Assembly: GCA_023247215.1 (NCBI GenBank)
Contig: JAHFGX010000001.1
Location: forward strand, 36,880-100,879
Source: Candidatus Omnitrophota bacterium
GTDB lineage: Bacteria; Omnitrophota; Gorgyraeia; Aquiviventales; Aquiviventaceae
Length of the DNA: 64,000 nt
Direction: 5' to 3'
Positions within the stretch are counted from its first letter, which is position 1. Each line of letters opens with the position of its first letter. Both the position numbers and the translations under genes were made by a program. The notes under the pieces are model-generated. The model had not been told where the DNA came from. It saw only the letters and a list, made by a program, of their open reading frames with translations, and ran no database searches. This document shows, one piece after another, positions 1 to 9,092 of this stretch.

Positions 1-1
1 C

Positions 2-904
2 CGCTCCGATTCCCGGGTCCGCTACGTGCGTCATCCGCGCAACATCGGGATGCACGCCAACCACAACTTCTGCATCGAGCAGAGCCGCGGGGAGTTCCTC
101 TGCTTCTTTCATGACGACGATCTCTATGCGCCGCAGATCCTCAGCACCTACGTGGCCTTCCTTAAGGCGCACCCCGAGGCGGGCATCGTCTGCTCTGATT
201 GGGAGCTCATCAACGGCGCGGGGGAGCGCATCGGGCTGCGGACGGCGCGGGCGGAGAGGGTGACGCCGGGATTGGTCTATCTCGACCGGACGATCCGTTC
301 CGGGCGCTCCTCCATCGGCTGCCCCGGAGCGCTGATCCGCCGCTCGGCGTTGGGGTCGATCCGGTTCGACGAGCAGGGCCCGCCGGGATTCGGCGACTTC
401 GTGGTGTGGTTCCAGATCGCGGAGCGCTGGGCTGTCGGCCATCTCACGCAGCGGTTGTGGCGCTATCGCCTGCATGGGCGAAACGTGAGCTGCCGCACCA
501 TCGAGTCCATTGTGCGAGATTATGATCAGGTGCTGATCGCGTATTGCGACGGACATCTCGCCCGGTGGCCGGCCCATGGGCGGCTCGTGGCCCGCTGGCG
601 CCGCGCGATCCGGCAGTATCTCTTCTGGGCGCTCGCCTATGAACTGGGGCTCCATTTCCGCCAGGGCGATGCCCAATCGGTGGCGCCCTCATCGGCGCGG
701 ACGGTCTTCGAGGTGGTGGCCTACCGGTTAACCCCGGAGCAGCTCCACGACGCCCAACGCCAGTTGCGGACGTATCGCACGGGTGTCGTGCAGACGGCAG
801 CCCTCGTCGCCATGCACGGGCTGATCGACCTGCATCTGACGCAACCGCTGGCGTGGGCCACCCGCCACGCCGCCCTCGTCCGCGGATTGCTTGGACTGCG
901 GTAG
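2..904 (+). CDS. GT2 family glycosyltransferase (5' end truncated by window edge)
   Basis: Frame open from position 2 (RSDSRVRYVRHPRNIG); GT-A motifs RGEFLCFFHDDD and GDFVVW. Confidence 0.85.
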   Translation, partial: RSDSRVRYVRHPRNIGMHANHNFCIEQSRGEFLCFFHDDDLYAPQILSTYVAFLKAHPEAGIVCSDWELINGAGERIGLRTARAERVTPGLVYLDRTIRSGRSSIGCPGALIRRSALGSIRFDEQGPPGFGDFVVWFQIAERWAVGHLTQRLWRYRLHGRNVSCRTIESIVRDYDQVLIAYCDGHLARWPAHGRLVARWRRAIRQYLFWALAYELGLHFRQGDAQSVAPSSARTVFEVVAYRLTPEQLHDAQRQLRTYRTGVVQTAALVAMHGLIDLHLTQPLAWATRHAALVRGLLGLR

Positions 905-920
905 CGCACCCGACTAGGAT
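891..920 (+). promoter_or_regulatory. Possible weak sigma70-type promoter upstream of asnB
   Basis: TTGGAC (891-896) and TAGGAT (915-920), 18-nt spacer, in an AT-richer gap; both boxes imperfect. Confidence 0.25.
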
Positions 921-938
921 TCTCAAGATCTTCTGAAC

Positions 939-2834
939 ATGTGCGGGATCGTCGGCGTGTGGGATTGGCAGGGGCAGGCCACGGGCCAGCCGGCTTTGGA
1001 CGCCATGGTCCAGACCCTATGCCACCGCGGGCCGGATGGACGCGATGCCCGGCGGCTGCCGGGGCCCGGGGCGCCGGTCGGCTTGGGCCACGCGCGGCTG
1101 CGGATCATTGATCTCTCCTGCGCGGCGGACCAGCCGATGGCCAATGACGACCAGTCGGTCTGGGTGGTCTTCAACGGCGAGATCTACAATTACCGGGAAC
1201 TGCGCGCGCAGTTGCAAGCCCGGGGCTGGCGGTTCCGGACCGCGTCGGATACCGAGGTGCTGCTGCGGCTTTATGAGGCGGAGGGGATCGGCGGCGTCAC
1301 GCAGCTTGAGGGGATGTTCGCCTTCGCCGTCTGGGACGGGCGGCAGCAGACGCTGTGGCTGGCGCGCGACCGCGTCGGCAAGAAGCCACTCTTCTACGCC
1401 GCCTCGCCGGCGCGGTTTCTCTTTGCCTCCGAGCCCAAGGCGATCCGCCGCCATCCGGAGTGGACGAGCCGGGTGAACACTGACTCGCTTCCGTCACTGT
1501 TCTTCTACGGCTATGTCCCAGCTCCGGACACCTGCCTTGCCGGGATCTCCGAGCTTTCTCCCGGCCACACGCTCCGGGTGGATGCCGCCGGCTCCGTGCA
1601 GGCGCAGGCCTATTGGGACGTGCCGCTGCCGGAGCCGGGAGCCCAGCCGTCCTCGTTGGAGGACGCGGCGGCTCGCGTGCGCACGTTGGTCGAGGCGGCC
1701 GTGGCGCGCCGCCTGGTCGCCGATGTCCCGCTGGGCGCCTTCTTGAGCGGCGGGCTGGACTCTTCAATCGTGGTGGGTGTGATGAGCCGGCTCCACCCCG
1801 AGCCGGTGCGGACGTTCAGCATTGGGTTTGCCGGGGACCCGCGCTTTGACGAAACCGCCTATGCGCGCGCCGTCTCCAAGCGGTTCCGCACGGCGCACAC
1901 GGAATTCATCGTTACGCCGGACGCGGTGAAGCTGGTGGAGCGCCTGGTCTGGCATCATGACGGACCGTTTGCCGATTCCTCGGCGATTCCCACCTATCTC
2001 TTGGCTGAACTGACGCGCCAGCACGTGACCGTGGCGCTCACCGGCGACGGAGGCGATGAGCTGTTTGCCGGCTACTCGCGGTTTGTCGCCGCGCTGGCCG
2101 CCGAGCGGGTGCCGCTGCCCCTCCGACAGGCGGCGCAGCAGGCCGCGTCGTGGGGCCCGGGTCGCGCGAGCAGCCGCGGCCTGTGGCGCGATCTGCGCAA
2201 GTTCGCCTCACACGCCAGCCGGCCGCTCTCCGAACGCTTCAGCCGCTGGGCGGCGGTGTTCTCTGACGATCTGCCGGAGCTGCTGCCGGACGCGTGCCGG
2301 TGGGGCCGCGACGAGCCGCCTGCGCCCTTGAGCCGCCTCGCTCCGTACGTGGAGCGCTCGCGGGGAGCTTCGGCGCTGACGCAACTGCTGTACGTCAATC
2401 TCAAAACCTATCTCCCCGGCGACCTGCTGGTCAAAATGGACCGCTGCACGATGGCGCACGCGCTGGAAGCGCGCTCGCCGTTTCTGGACCGCGAGCTGAT
2501 GGAATACGCCTTCACGCTGCCGGATGCGATGAAGCTCGAGGGCCGGCAGACGAAAGCCGTGCTGCGCCGGGCCTTCGCAGACCTGGTGCCGGCGGAGGTG
2601 CTCCGGCGCAGGAAAATGGGTTTTGGCGTGCCGCTGGCCCGGTGGTTCCGCCAGGACTTGCGCGACTTCGTGCAGGACGCGCTGCTCCCGCCGGAGGCGC
2701 GGCTGCGCCGCTACGTCAACCATACCTATGTCCAGCGGTTGGTGAAGGAGCACGAGCAGGGACGCGCGGACCATGCCCATCGCCTCTGGACCCTGCTGAC
2801 GTTCGAGGTCTGGCTCCGGGGCTTGGAGTCGTAA
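939..2834 (+). CDS. asnB: Asparagine synthase (glutamine-hydrolysing) family amidotransferase, glycan-associated
   Basis: N-terminal MCGIVG Ntn nucleophile, RGPD, FNGEIYNY, LSGGLDSS, TGDGGDE, EARSPFLD. Confidence 0.95.
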   Translation: MCGIVGVWDWQGQATGQPALDAMVQTLCHRGPDGRDARRLPGPGAPVGLGHARLRIIDLSCAADQPMANDDQSVWVVFNGEIYNYRELRAQLQARGWRFRTASDTEVLLRLYEAEGIGGVTQLEGMFAFAVWDGRQQTLWLARDRVGKKPLFYAASPARFLFASEPKAIRRHPEWTSRVNTDSLPSLFFYGYVPAPDTCLAGISELSPGHTLRVDAAGSVQAQAYWDVPLPEPGAQPSSLEDAAARVRTLVEAAVARRLVADVPLGAFLSGGLDSSIVVGVMSRLHPEPVRTFSIGFAGDPRFDETAYARAVSKRFRTAHTEFIVTPDAVKLVERLVWHHDGPFADSSAIPTYLLAELTRQHVTVALTGDGGDELFAGYSRFVAALAAERVPLPLRQAAQQAASWGPGRASSRGLWRDLRKFASHASRPLSERFSRWAAVFSDDLPELLPDACRWGRDEPPAPLSRLAPYVERSRGASALTQLLYVNLKTYLPGDLLVKMDRCTMAHALEARSPFLDRELMEYAFTLPDAMKLEGRQTKAVLRRAFADLVPAEVLRRRKMGFGVPLARWFRQDLRDFVQDALLPPEARLRRYVNHTYVQRLVKEHEQGRADHAHRLWTLLTFEVWLRGLES

Positions 2835-2842
2835 AAATTCCC

Positions 2843-2872
2843 TTGCGAGCGCTCAATGCCGTGCCCTATAAT
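2843..2872 (+). promoter_or_regulatory. sigma70-type promoter
   Basis: TTGCGA (2843-2848), 18-nt spacer, perfect TATAAT (2867-2872) in the gap after asnB. Confidence 0.7.
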
Positions 2873-2874
2873 TG

Positions 2875-2895
2875 AGTGTTCAAAATATGAACACT
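2875..2895. promoter_or_regulatory. Palindromic operator candidate AGTGTTCA-N5-TGAACACT
   Basis: Perfect 8-bp inverted repeat covering the predicted transcription start and the ATG of the downstream wHTH regulator. Confidence 0.6.
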
Positions 2896-3552
2896 GAAGT
2901 CTACCGCGAGTTCCAGTTCCTGACGGAGATCTCTTCGGGAGATGCCGTAACCCAGCGGCGCCTGGCCAAGAAGTACGGCCTGGCGCTGGGTCTCACCAAT
3001 TTTCTGATCCGCCGGCTGGTCAAGAAAGGCTGCATCAAGATCGTCAACCTCCAGCGCAAACGCCTGCGCTACTTCTTGACTCCCAAGGGCATGGCGGAAA
3101 AGGCGCGGCTCAGCTATGAATATCTTGATTACTCGCTCGCCTTGTATCGCCACCTGCGCACCCTCCTGACCCATATTCTCCATCTGATCCGCGCCTCCGG
3201 CGGGACGCGCGTGGCCCTCTACGGCACGGGCGAGCTGGCGGAGATCGCCTTCCTCTTAGTGCAGCAGCACGGCTTGCAGATCGTCGCCGTGGTGGATGAA
3301 GCGTCTGCAGGCACCGTGTTCATGGACCGTCCGGTGCAGCCGGTGGCCGCGCTGGCCGGCGGTGCCTGCGACTTCGTCGTGGTCGCGTCTTTCGCGGATT
3401 TGGAGCGGATCCGTCAGCGCCTGGGGGAGGCCGGCGTGCCTGCCGAGCGCATCCTGGCGCTGTCGGATCGCGCCCCGATGCCAGCCGCATCTCAGGGCTC
3501 GTTGCTGCCAGCGATTCCGCTGGCTGAAGAAGAGGGAGCGCTCAGCCGATGA
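2887..3552 (+). CDS. Winged-helix (MarR-like, EPS-associated) regulator with C-terminal Rossmann-like domain
   Basis: TQRRLAKKYGLALGLTNFLIRRLVKKG...YFLTPKG winged helix; VALYGTGELAE dinucleotide-binding-like motif. Confidence 0.85.
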   Translation: MNTEVYREFQFLTEISSGDAVTQRRLAKKYGLALGLTNFLIRRLVKKGCIKIVNLQRKRLRYFLTPKGMAEKARLSYEYLDYSLALYRHLRTLLTHILHLIRASGGTRVALYGTGELAEIAFLLVQQHGLQIVAVVDEASAGTVFMDRPVQPVAALAGGACDFVVVASFADLERIRQRLGEAGVPAERILALSDRAPMPAASQGSLLPAIPLAEEEGALSR

Positions 3553-4286
3553 TTGTGCGGATGAAGCGTCGGCCGGTTCGCGCCCTGCTGCTTGCGGCGG
3601 CGCTCGCCGGCTGCTGGTCGCTCACCCGGCCGGCGATCACGCGGCAAGGCGTCAATTTCCGCGTGACCGAACATGCCGTGCCGCAGTATGCCAAGGCTGT
3701 GGATTTCCTCCGCCGGGACGGCGAGTACCGCGCCCTGGCCGCGCAGATCGTCCAGGGTCTTCACACCGACCGCGAGCGCGCCCTGGCGGTGTTCGAGTGG
3801 ACGCGCGGCCACATCCGCCCGATCCCGCAGGGATGGCCGGTGGTGGATGACCACGTGTGGCATATCATCATCCGAGGGTACGGGACCGACGACCAGATGG
3901 CCGATGTCTTCACCACCCTGTGCGCCTATGCCGGCGTGCCATCTTACTGGCGCTTCCTGCGTCATCCCGAGACTGGCGCCGTGCTGACCGTGTCGCTGGC
4001 GCGCCTGAATGGCCGCTGGGCGGTGTTTGACGTTCAGCATGACGCCATGTTCCAGGACGCGCAGGGCGGGTGGCTCACGCCGCAGGAGCTCGCCGCGGAT
4101 CCAGCCTTGTCGCATGTGGCGGATCGGGCGCGGGTGCTGGCCCAGGCGCCCTATCCGGCCTATTTCGCGGACCCGGCATTTCTTGCGCTGCCTCCGAGTC
4201 CGCTGCGTCCGGAACTGCAGATGCCGGGACCTCGATTAGCCTATGAGGCGCGGCGGGCGCTTCACCTCGCAGGGGTCGCTCAATGA
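3549..4286 (+). CDS. Membrane-anchored transglutaminase-like fold protein
   Basis: N-terminal hydrophobic segment; ERALAVFEWTRGHI...GYGTDDQMADVFTTLCAYAGVPS...GRWAVFD resembles the transglutaminase core. Confidence 0.6.
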   Translation: MIVRMKRRPVRALLLAAALAGCWSLTRPAITRQGVNFRVTEHAVPQYAKAVDFLRRDGEYRALAAQIVQGLHTDRERALAVFEWTRGHIRPIPQGWPVVDDHVWHIIIRGYGTDDQMADVFTTLCAYAGVPSYWRFLRHPETGAVLTVSLARLNGRWAVFDVQHDAMFQDAQGGWLTPQELAADPALSHVADRARVLAQAPYPAYFADPAFLALPPSPLRPELQMPGPRLAYEARRALHLAGVAQ

Positions 4287-4396
4287 GCACGCCTCGAATT
4301 GGCCGGATCGCGCGTGGTTCGAGATGCGCCGGCTGCTCCATGTCGCGTGCGACTGGATGACCATCGCGGATGCCTAATCTGACCACAGGGGGAGCC

Positions 4397-5353
4397 ATGA
4401 GGATTGCGGAAGAAGAAACGCAGTTGGAGATCGCGCCGTTCATTAAATCCTTGCAGGAGGAGCCGTGGCCGGTTGCGGAGCATGTGCTGGTCATCGGCGA
4501 AATCGGCATCAACCATAACGGCGATCTGGGCATCGCCCAGCAGCTCATCGACATGGCCAAGGCGGCCGGAGCCGACGCGGTGAAGTTCCAAAAGCGCACG
4601 GTGGACCTGGTCTACACGAAGGAGTTCCTCGATTCGCCGCGGGAAAGCCCCTGGGGCCATACGCAGCGGGCGCAGAAAGCAGCGCTGGAATTCGGCCGGA
4701 ACGAGTATGACCAGATCGACGCCTATTGCCGGAACGTCGGGATCGATTGGTTCGCCTCGGCCTGGGATGTTCCGAGCCAGCTATTTCTGAGGCCCTATCA
4801 CTTGAAATACAACAAGATCGCCTCGCCCATGGTCACCCACCGGGAGCTGCTGGAGACGGTGGCGGACGAGCGCAAGCTCACGCTCCTGTCGACGGGCATG
4901 AGCGATTACGAGCAGCTCGACGCGGCGGTCGACGTGTTCCGGCGCCATCGCTGCCCGTTCATCCTCATGCATTGCGTCTCGGAGTACCCGGCGCCGGAAG
5001 GCGCGCTGAACTTGCGCTGTCTCGTGGAGCTGCGCCGCCGCTACAACTGTCCGGTGGGCTACAGCGGGCATGAGGTCACGATGGTGCCCGGGGTGCTGGC
5101 CGCCATGATGGGTGCGGTCGCGGTTGAGCGGCATATCACGCTGGATCGCGCCATGTACGGCAGCGACCAGGCCGCCTCGCTGGAGAAGCGCGGACTGGAA
5201 ATGCTCACGAGCTACATCCGCACCATTCCGATTGTCTTCGGCGACGGCGTCAAGCGCGTCACGCCTGGAGAAGCGGCCAACGCGAAGAAGTTGCGGTATT
5301 GGGGCATGTTCCACGGTCCGTCATCAGGATGGGAGACGCCGGGAGCCCGATGA
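4397..5353 (+). CDS. neuB: N-acetylneuraminate/nonulosonate synthase family (NeuB)
   Basis: GEIGINHNGD, DAVKFQKR, KIASP, STGMS, HCVSEYP, GYSGHE, ERHITLDR; GGAG RBS before ATG 4397. Confidence 0.92.
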   Translation: MRIAEEETQLEIAPFIKSLQEEPWPVAEHVLVIGEIGINHNGDLGIAQQLIDMAKAAGADAVKFQKRTVDLVYTKEFLDSPRESPWGHTQRAQKAALEFGRNEYDQIDAYCRNVGIDWFASAWDVPSQLFLRPYHLKYNKIASPMVTHRELLETVADERKLTLLSTGMSDYEQLDAAVDVFRRHRCPFILMHCVSEYPAPEGALNLRCLVELRRRYNCPVGYSGHEVTMVPGVLAAMMGAVAVERHITLDRAMYGSDQAASLEKRGLEMLTSYIRTIPIVFGDGVKRVTPGEAANAKKLRYWGMFHGPSSGWETPGAR

Positions 5354-5655
5354 TCTACTGTTTCGACATTGACGGCACGCTGTGCACCGACACCGGCGGC
5401 AAGTACGCCTCGGCCGAGCCGCATCCGCAGATCATTGCGCAGGTGAACGCGCTGTTTACCCAGGGCCACCGCATCATTCTCTATACGGCGCGCGGATCGT
5501 CCACCGGCATGGACTGGCGCTCCGTGACAGAGCGGCAACTGAAGGAGTGGGGCATCCAGCACCATGAGCTGCACTTCGGCAAGCCTCGGGCGGATGTCTT
5601 CGTTGATGATAAGGCGGTCAATGTGGCCGTCTTCCGCGAACGGCAGCTTGCATGA
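5350..5655 (+). CDS. Small capless HAD phosphatase (capsule-biosynthesis type)
   Basis: FDIDGTL motif I, YTARG motif II, GKP...DDK motifs III/IV; ATGA coupling on both sides. Confidence 0.85.
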   Translation: MIYCFDIDGTLCTDTGGKYASAEPHPQIIAQVNALFTQGHRIILYTARGSSTGMDWRSVTERQLKEWGIQHHELHFGKPRADVFVDDKAVNVAVFRERQLA

Positions 5656-6395
5656 ACCTGGCTGCGCTGATCCCCGCTCGAGGCGGGTCCAAAGGCATCC
5701 CGAAGAAAAACCTCCGGAGGCTGGGGGACCATCCGCTTCTCGCCTATTCGATCGCGGCCGCGCGCGCCTGTCCCGCTATCGATCGCGTCATGGTCTCGAC
5801 GGACTCCCCGGAGATTGCCGAGGTCGCCCGCGCGTATGGCGCGGACATCCCGTTTGTGCGTCCGGCGGAATTTGCGCAGGACGCCTCGACCGATTTTGAC
5901 GTGGTGCAGCACGTGTTGCAGTCGTTGCAGCAGGCCCGGCCGGACTGGATCGTGTTCTGCCGCCCCACCACGCCGCTGCGCGATCCATCGCTGCTGTCCG
6001 CGGCGATCGAGTTGCTGAAATCGCGGAAGGACGCGACGTCGCTGCGTTCGGTCCACGAGCTGGCTGAGCCGCCGCAGAAAATGATGGGGATGACGGATGG
6101 CTTGCTCACCGGTCTGTTTCCTCATGAGACGAGGAGCGAATACTACAATCTCCCCCGGCAGGCGTTCCCGCCCGCCTATCACCCGAACGGCTATGTGGAC
6201 ATCATGCGCAGCGAGGTGGTGCTCCACCAGCGCGCGCTGTACGGCCCGCGCGTGCTCGCGTTCGTCACCCCCATCGTTACCGAAGTGGACCGCCAGGAGG
6301 ACCTGGACTACCTGGCCTACCAGCTGGCGCAGCACCCGTCGCCGCTGAGCCGGTTGTTGGACGCAGAGCAGTCGGTGGCGGGACGGAGAGGTTGA
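5652..6395 (+). CDS. neuA: Acylneuraminate cytidylyltransferase (CMP-nonulosonate synthetase)
   Basis: IPARGGSKGIPKKN, VSTDS, RPTTPLR, EVDRQED. Confidence 0.92.
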   Translation: MNLAALIPARGGSKGIPKKNLRRLGDHPLLAYSIAAARACPAIDRVMVSTDSPEIAEVARAYGADIPFVRPAEFAQDASTDFDVVQHVLQSLQQARPDWIVFCRPTTPLRDPSLLSAAIELLKSRKDATSLRSVHELAEPPQKMMGMTDGLLTGLFPHETRSEYYNLPRQAFPPAYHPNGYVDIMRSEVVLHQRALYGPRVLAFVTPIVTEVDRQEDLDYLAYQLAQHPSPLSRLLDAEQSVAGRRG

Positions 6396-6397
6396 GC

Positions 6398-7780
6398 ATG
6401 GCAACCTCGGTGGCCGAGACGACCGCCTTTGGCATGACGCCGACCGTGGTGCCGCAGGTCCGGACGAAATTCCGCCGCATTCAGACGCCGCTGCCCGTCC
6501 CTGATTCGCTGCCGGTGCTGGAAGCGTTGTCGGCGTATGAAGCGAGGTCCATGCACGGCCAGCTGCCGGTGGTGTGGGACCGGGCCAAGGATTTTCAGGT
6601 GTGGGACCGGTTCGGCAACTGTTGGATCGACTTCACCTCGACGATTTTTGTGGCCAATGTCGGGCACGCGAATCCGGCGGTCACGCAGGCGATTGAGGAC
6701 GCGCTGAAGCAGGGCCTGGTGCACAGCTACACGTTTGCGACCGAGATCAGGGCGCGCTACCTGCGGCAGCTGATCCACGCGACGCCGCGCGAATGCGAGA
6801 AGGCGTTCCTGGTGTCTTCCGGAACCGAGGCGACCGAATGCGCGGTCAAGCTGATCCGGCTGCACGGGCGCGCGGCCGGCAAGCGCCGCGGCGGCGTGGT
6901 GTCGTTTGAAGGCAGCATGCATGGTCGGACGATGCTGGCCCAAATGCTGGGCGGCACCCCCGCGGCGCGCGCCTGGATCGGCTATGACGATCCGAACGTG
7001 CACCGGCTCCCGTTTCCGTGCCCCTGGGAGGTGCAGGATGGCGCAGAACGATTTGCCCAGGATCTGGCGCATCTGGCGGCGCAGGGCGTGGATGCCGAGC
7101 AGGATCTCGCGGGATTTATCCTTGAGCCGTACCTCGGCTGGGGGGCGATCTTTTTTCCGTCGGCCTACGTGCAGGCGCTGGCTCAGTTTACGCGGCAGCA
7201 TCACATCCTGCTTGTCTTCGACGAAATCCAGGCCGGATTCGGCCGGACCGGCCGATGGTTTGCGTATCAGCATTACGGGGTGGAAGCCGACCTGGTTTGC
7301 TGCGGCAAAGGCATGAGCTCCAGCCTGCCGCTGGCGGGCGTGCTGGGCAAGGCCTCGCTGCTGGATTTGCCTGAAGCCGGGTCCATGAGCAGCACGCATT
7401 CGGCGAATCCGCTCAGCTGCGCGGCGGGCCTGGCGACGCTGCAGCAGATGGAAGCGCTGGATCTGGTCCAGGCCTCGCAGCGGAAGGGGGAGCGGCTCTT
7501 GGCGGGACTGCATGAGATCCAGCGGCGATTTCCGGCGCATGTCCTGCGCGTGTGCGGCAAGGGTTTGCTCGCGGCGCTGCATCTGGCTGATCCGGCCACG
7601 GGCCTTCCGGACACGGCCACGGCCAGCCGGGTGTGCGAGCGGGCGATGCAGAAGGGATTGCTCGTGGTGCATACCGGACGGGAGTCCATCAAGATCGGCC
7701 CGCCGTTGACCATCAGCGACGAGGCGCTGGCCGAGGGCGTCGAGGTCCTGGCCGAGGCCCTGCAGGAGATCATTGGATGA
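6398..7780 (+). CDS. Class III PLP-dependent aminotransferase
   Basis: SSGTEATECAVK, SMHGRT, FDEIQAGFGRTG, CCGKGM (PLP lysine), STHSANP. Confidence 0.9.
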   Translation: MATSVAETTAFGMTPTVVPQVRTKFRRIQTPLPVPDSLPVLEALSAYEARSMHGQLPVVWDRAKDFQVWDRFGNCWIDFTSTIFVANVGHANPAVTQAIEDALKQGLVHSYTFATEIRARYLRQLIHATPRECEKAFLVSSGTEATECAVKLIRLHGRAAGKRRGGVVSFEGSMHGRTMLAQMLGGTPAARAWIGYDDPNVHRLPFPCPWEVQDGAERFAQDLAHLAAQGVDAEQDLAGFILEPYLGWGAIFFPSAYVQALAQFTRQHHILLVFDEIQAGFGRTGRWFAYQHYGVEADLVCCGKGMSSSLPLAGVLGKASLLDLPEAGSMSSTHSANPLSCAAGLATLQQMEALDLVQASQRKGERLLAGLHEIQRRFPAHVLRVCGKGLLAALHLADPATGLPDTATASRVCERAMQKGLLVVHTGRESIKIGPPLTISDEALAEGVEVLAEALQEIIG

Positions 7781-8235
7781 TCGCCGCCGAGCGCAAAGGC
7801 ATCGCGGTGCGGCACGTCGGCGTCGTGGTCAAGGATCTGGAACGGTCGCTGCAGTTCTATCGCGATCTGTTGGGGCTGCGCGTTGTGACGCGCAGGGAGG
7901 AAGCCGGCGAGTATCTTGATCGCTTGCTGGCATTGAAGAACGCCAGGATGACGACGGTGAAGCTGGCCGCTGCGGAGGGGGGCGCCGTCATCGAGTTGCT
8001 GCGGTTCCATTCGCCTCAGGGTGCAGCGGAGGCACCGCGGACGATCTGCACGCCCGGCCCCACGCATGTGGCCTTTGGCGTGGAGGATCTGGCGGCGCTG
8101 TATCAGCGGCTGCGGCAGGCCGGCATCCGGTTCAACGCGCCGCCGCAGCGCTCCCCGGACGGCTCCGCCAAGGTGTGTTGCTGCCAGGACCCGGATGGCA
8201 TGACGATCGAATTGGTCGAGGTGCTGTCCTCATGA
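7777..8235 (+). CDS. VOC/glyoxalase family protein
   Basis: HVGVVVKDLERSLQFYRDLLG...IELL...HVAFGVEDL...DPDGMTIELVE metal-binding pattern. Confidence 0.88.
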   Translation: MIAAERKGIAVRHVGVVVKDLERSLQFYRDLLGLRVVTRREEAGEYLDRLLALKNARMTTVKLAAAEGGAVIELLRFHSPQGAAEAPRTICTPGPTHVAFGVEDLAALYQRLRQAGIRFNAPPQRSPDGSAKVCCCQDPDGMTIELVEVLSS

Positions 8236-9092
8236 GCGTGGCGATTGGGATCATGCAGGGCCGGCTGTCCCCGCCGGCGAATGGACGAATTCAATCGTTC
8301 CCCGTGGCGACGTGGCGCGAGGAATTTGCGCTGGCCCGCGAAGCCGGGCTGGCCTGCATTGAATGGGTGTATGAGCAAGAGACGGCGCGGGACCATCCGC
8401 TGATGACCGAGGCCGGCATCGCGGATCTCCGGTGGCTGTCGCAGCAATCCGGCATCACAGTGCGCTCCATCTGCGCCGACTGTTACATGACCGACCGCCT
8501 GATCACGGCAGCCGGCGAGGTGAGGTCGTGCAACGTCACTCATCTGCGATGGCTGATGGATCGCGCCGCCGGCCTGGGCAGCCGGCACATCGTGCTGCCG
8601 TTTGTGGATGGTTCCTCCCTGCGTTCTCAGCGTGAGCGGGAAGCGCTGCTTGCGCTGCTGCGTGAGGTGCGGTCTGATGTTGAGCGCTCCGGTATGGCGC
8701 TCCACATCGAGAGCGATTTGAGCCCGCAGGAGCAGGTGCGGGTCATGACCGCCGTCAACCATCCGCTGATCCGCATCACGTATGACATGGGTAACTGCGC
8801 CGCCGCGGGCCATGATCCGCAGGAAGAGCTCGACGCGATCGGCCCCTGGCTCGGCAGCGTGCATGTGAAGGATCGCACGCTGGGCGGCGGCACGGTCCCG
8901 CTTGGCACTGGCGCGGTGGATTTTCCAGCCTGCTTCCGGATCTTTCATGAGCTGGGATTCGCCGGTCCGTTTATTCTCCAAGCGGCCCGCGATTCCAGCG
9001 TCACCGAGCTGGAGCACGCCAAGCGCAATCGCGCCTTTGTGGAGCAGTATCTTGAGCAGGCGGCCTGGGATGGATCTGCGTCTGCGCGGTAA
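8232..9092 (+). CDS. Sugar phosphate isomerase/epimerase (xylose-isomerase-like TIM barrel)
   Basis: IGIMQGRLSP, IEW, LHIES, YDMGN, VHVKDR, GTGAVDF. Confidence 0.85.
   Translation: MSVAIGIMQGRLSPPANGRIQSFPVATWREEFALAREAGLACIEWVYEQETARDHPLMTEAGIADLRWLSQQSGITVRSICADCYMTDRLITAAGEVRSCNVTHLRWLMDRAAGLGSRHIVLPFVDGSSLRSQREREALLALLREVRSDVERSGMALHIESDLSPQEQVRVMTAVNHPLIRITYDMGNCAAAGHDPQEELDAIGPWLGSVHVKDRTLGGGTVPLGTGAVDFPACFRIFHELGFAGPFILQAARDSSVTELEHAKRNRAFVEQYLEQAAWDGSASAR

Noticed and set aside
939-4286. Lasso-peptide cluster (AsnB-like cyclase plus transglutaminase-like peptidase)
   Set aside because: AsnB has an intact Cys-initiated glutaminase domain, the transglutaminase-like protein lacks the catalytic Cys and is membrane-anchored, no precursor or RRE gene is seen, and the context is glycan synthesis
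4287-4396. Riboswitch or leader peptide upstream of neuB (short hairpins; 25-codon ORF from 4283)
   Set aside because: Stems are only 4-6 bp in high-GC DNA, with no recognisable riboswitch motif or terminator
6398-7780. GABA or ornithine catabolic aminotransferase
   Set aside because: Family motifs fit, but it is coupled to neuA with no catabolic partners; substrate left unassigned
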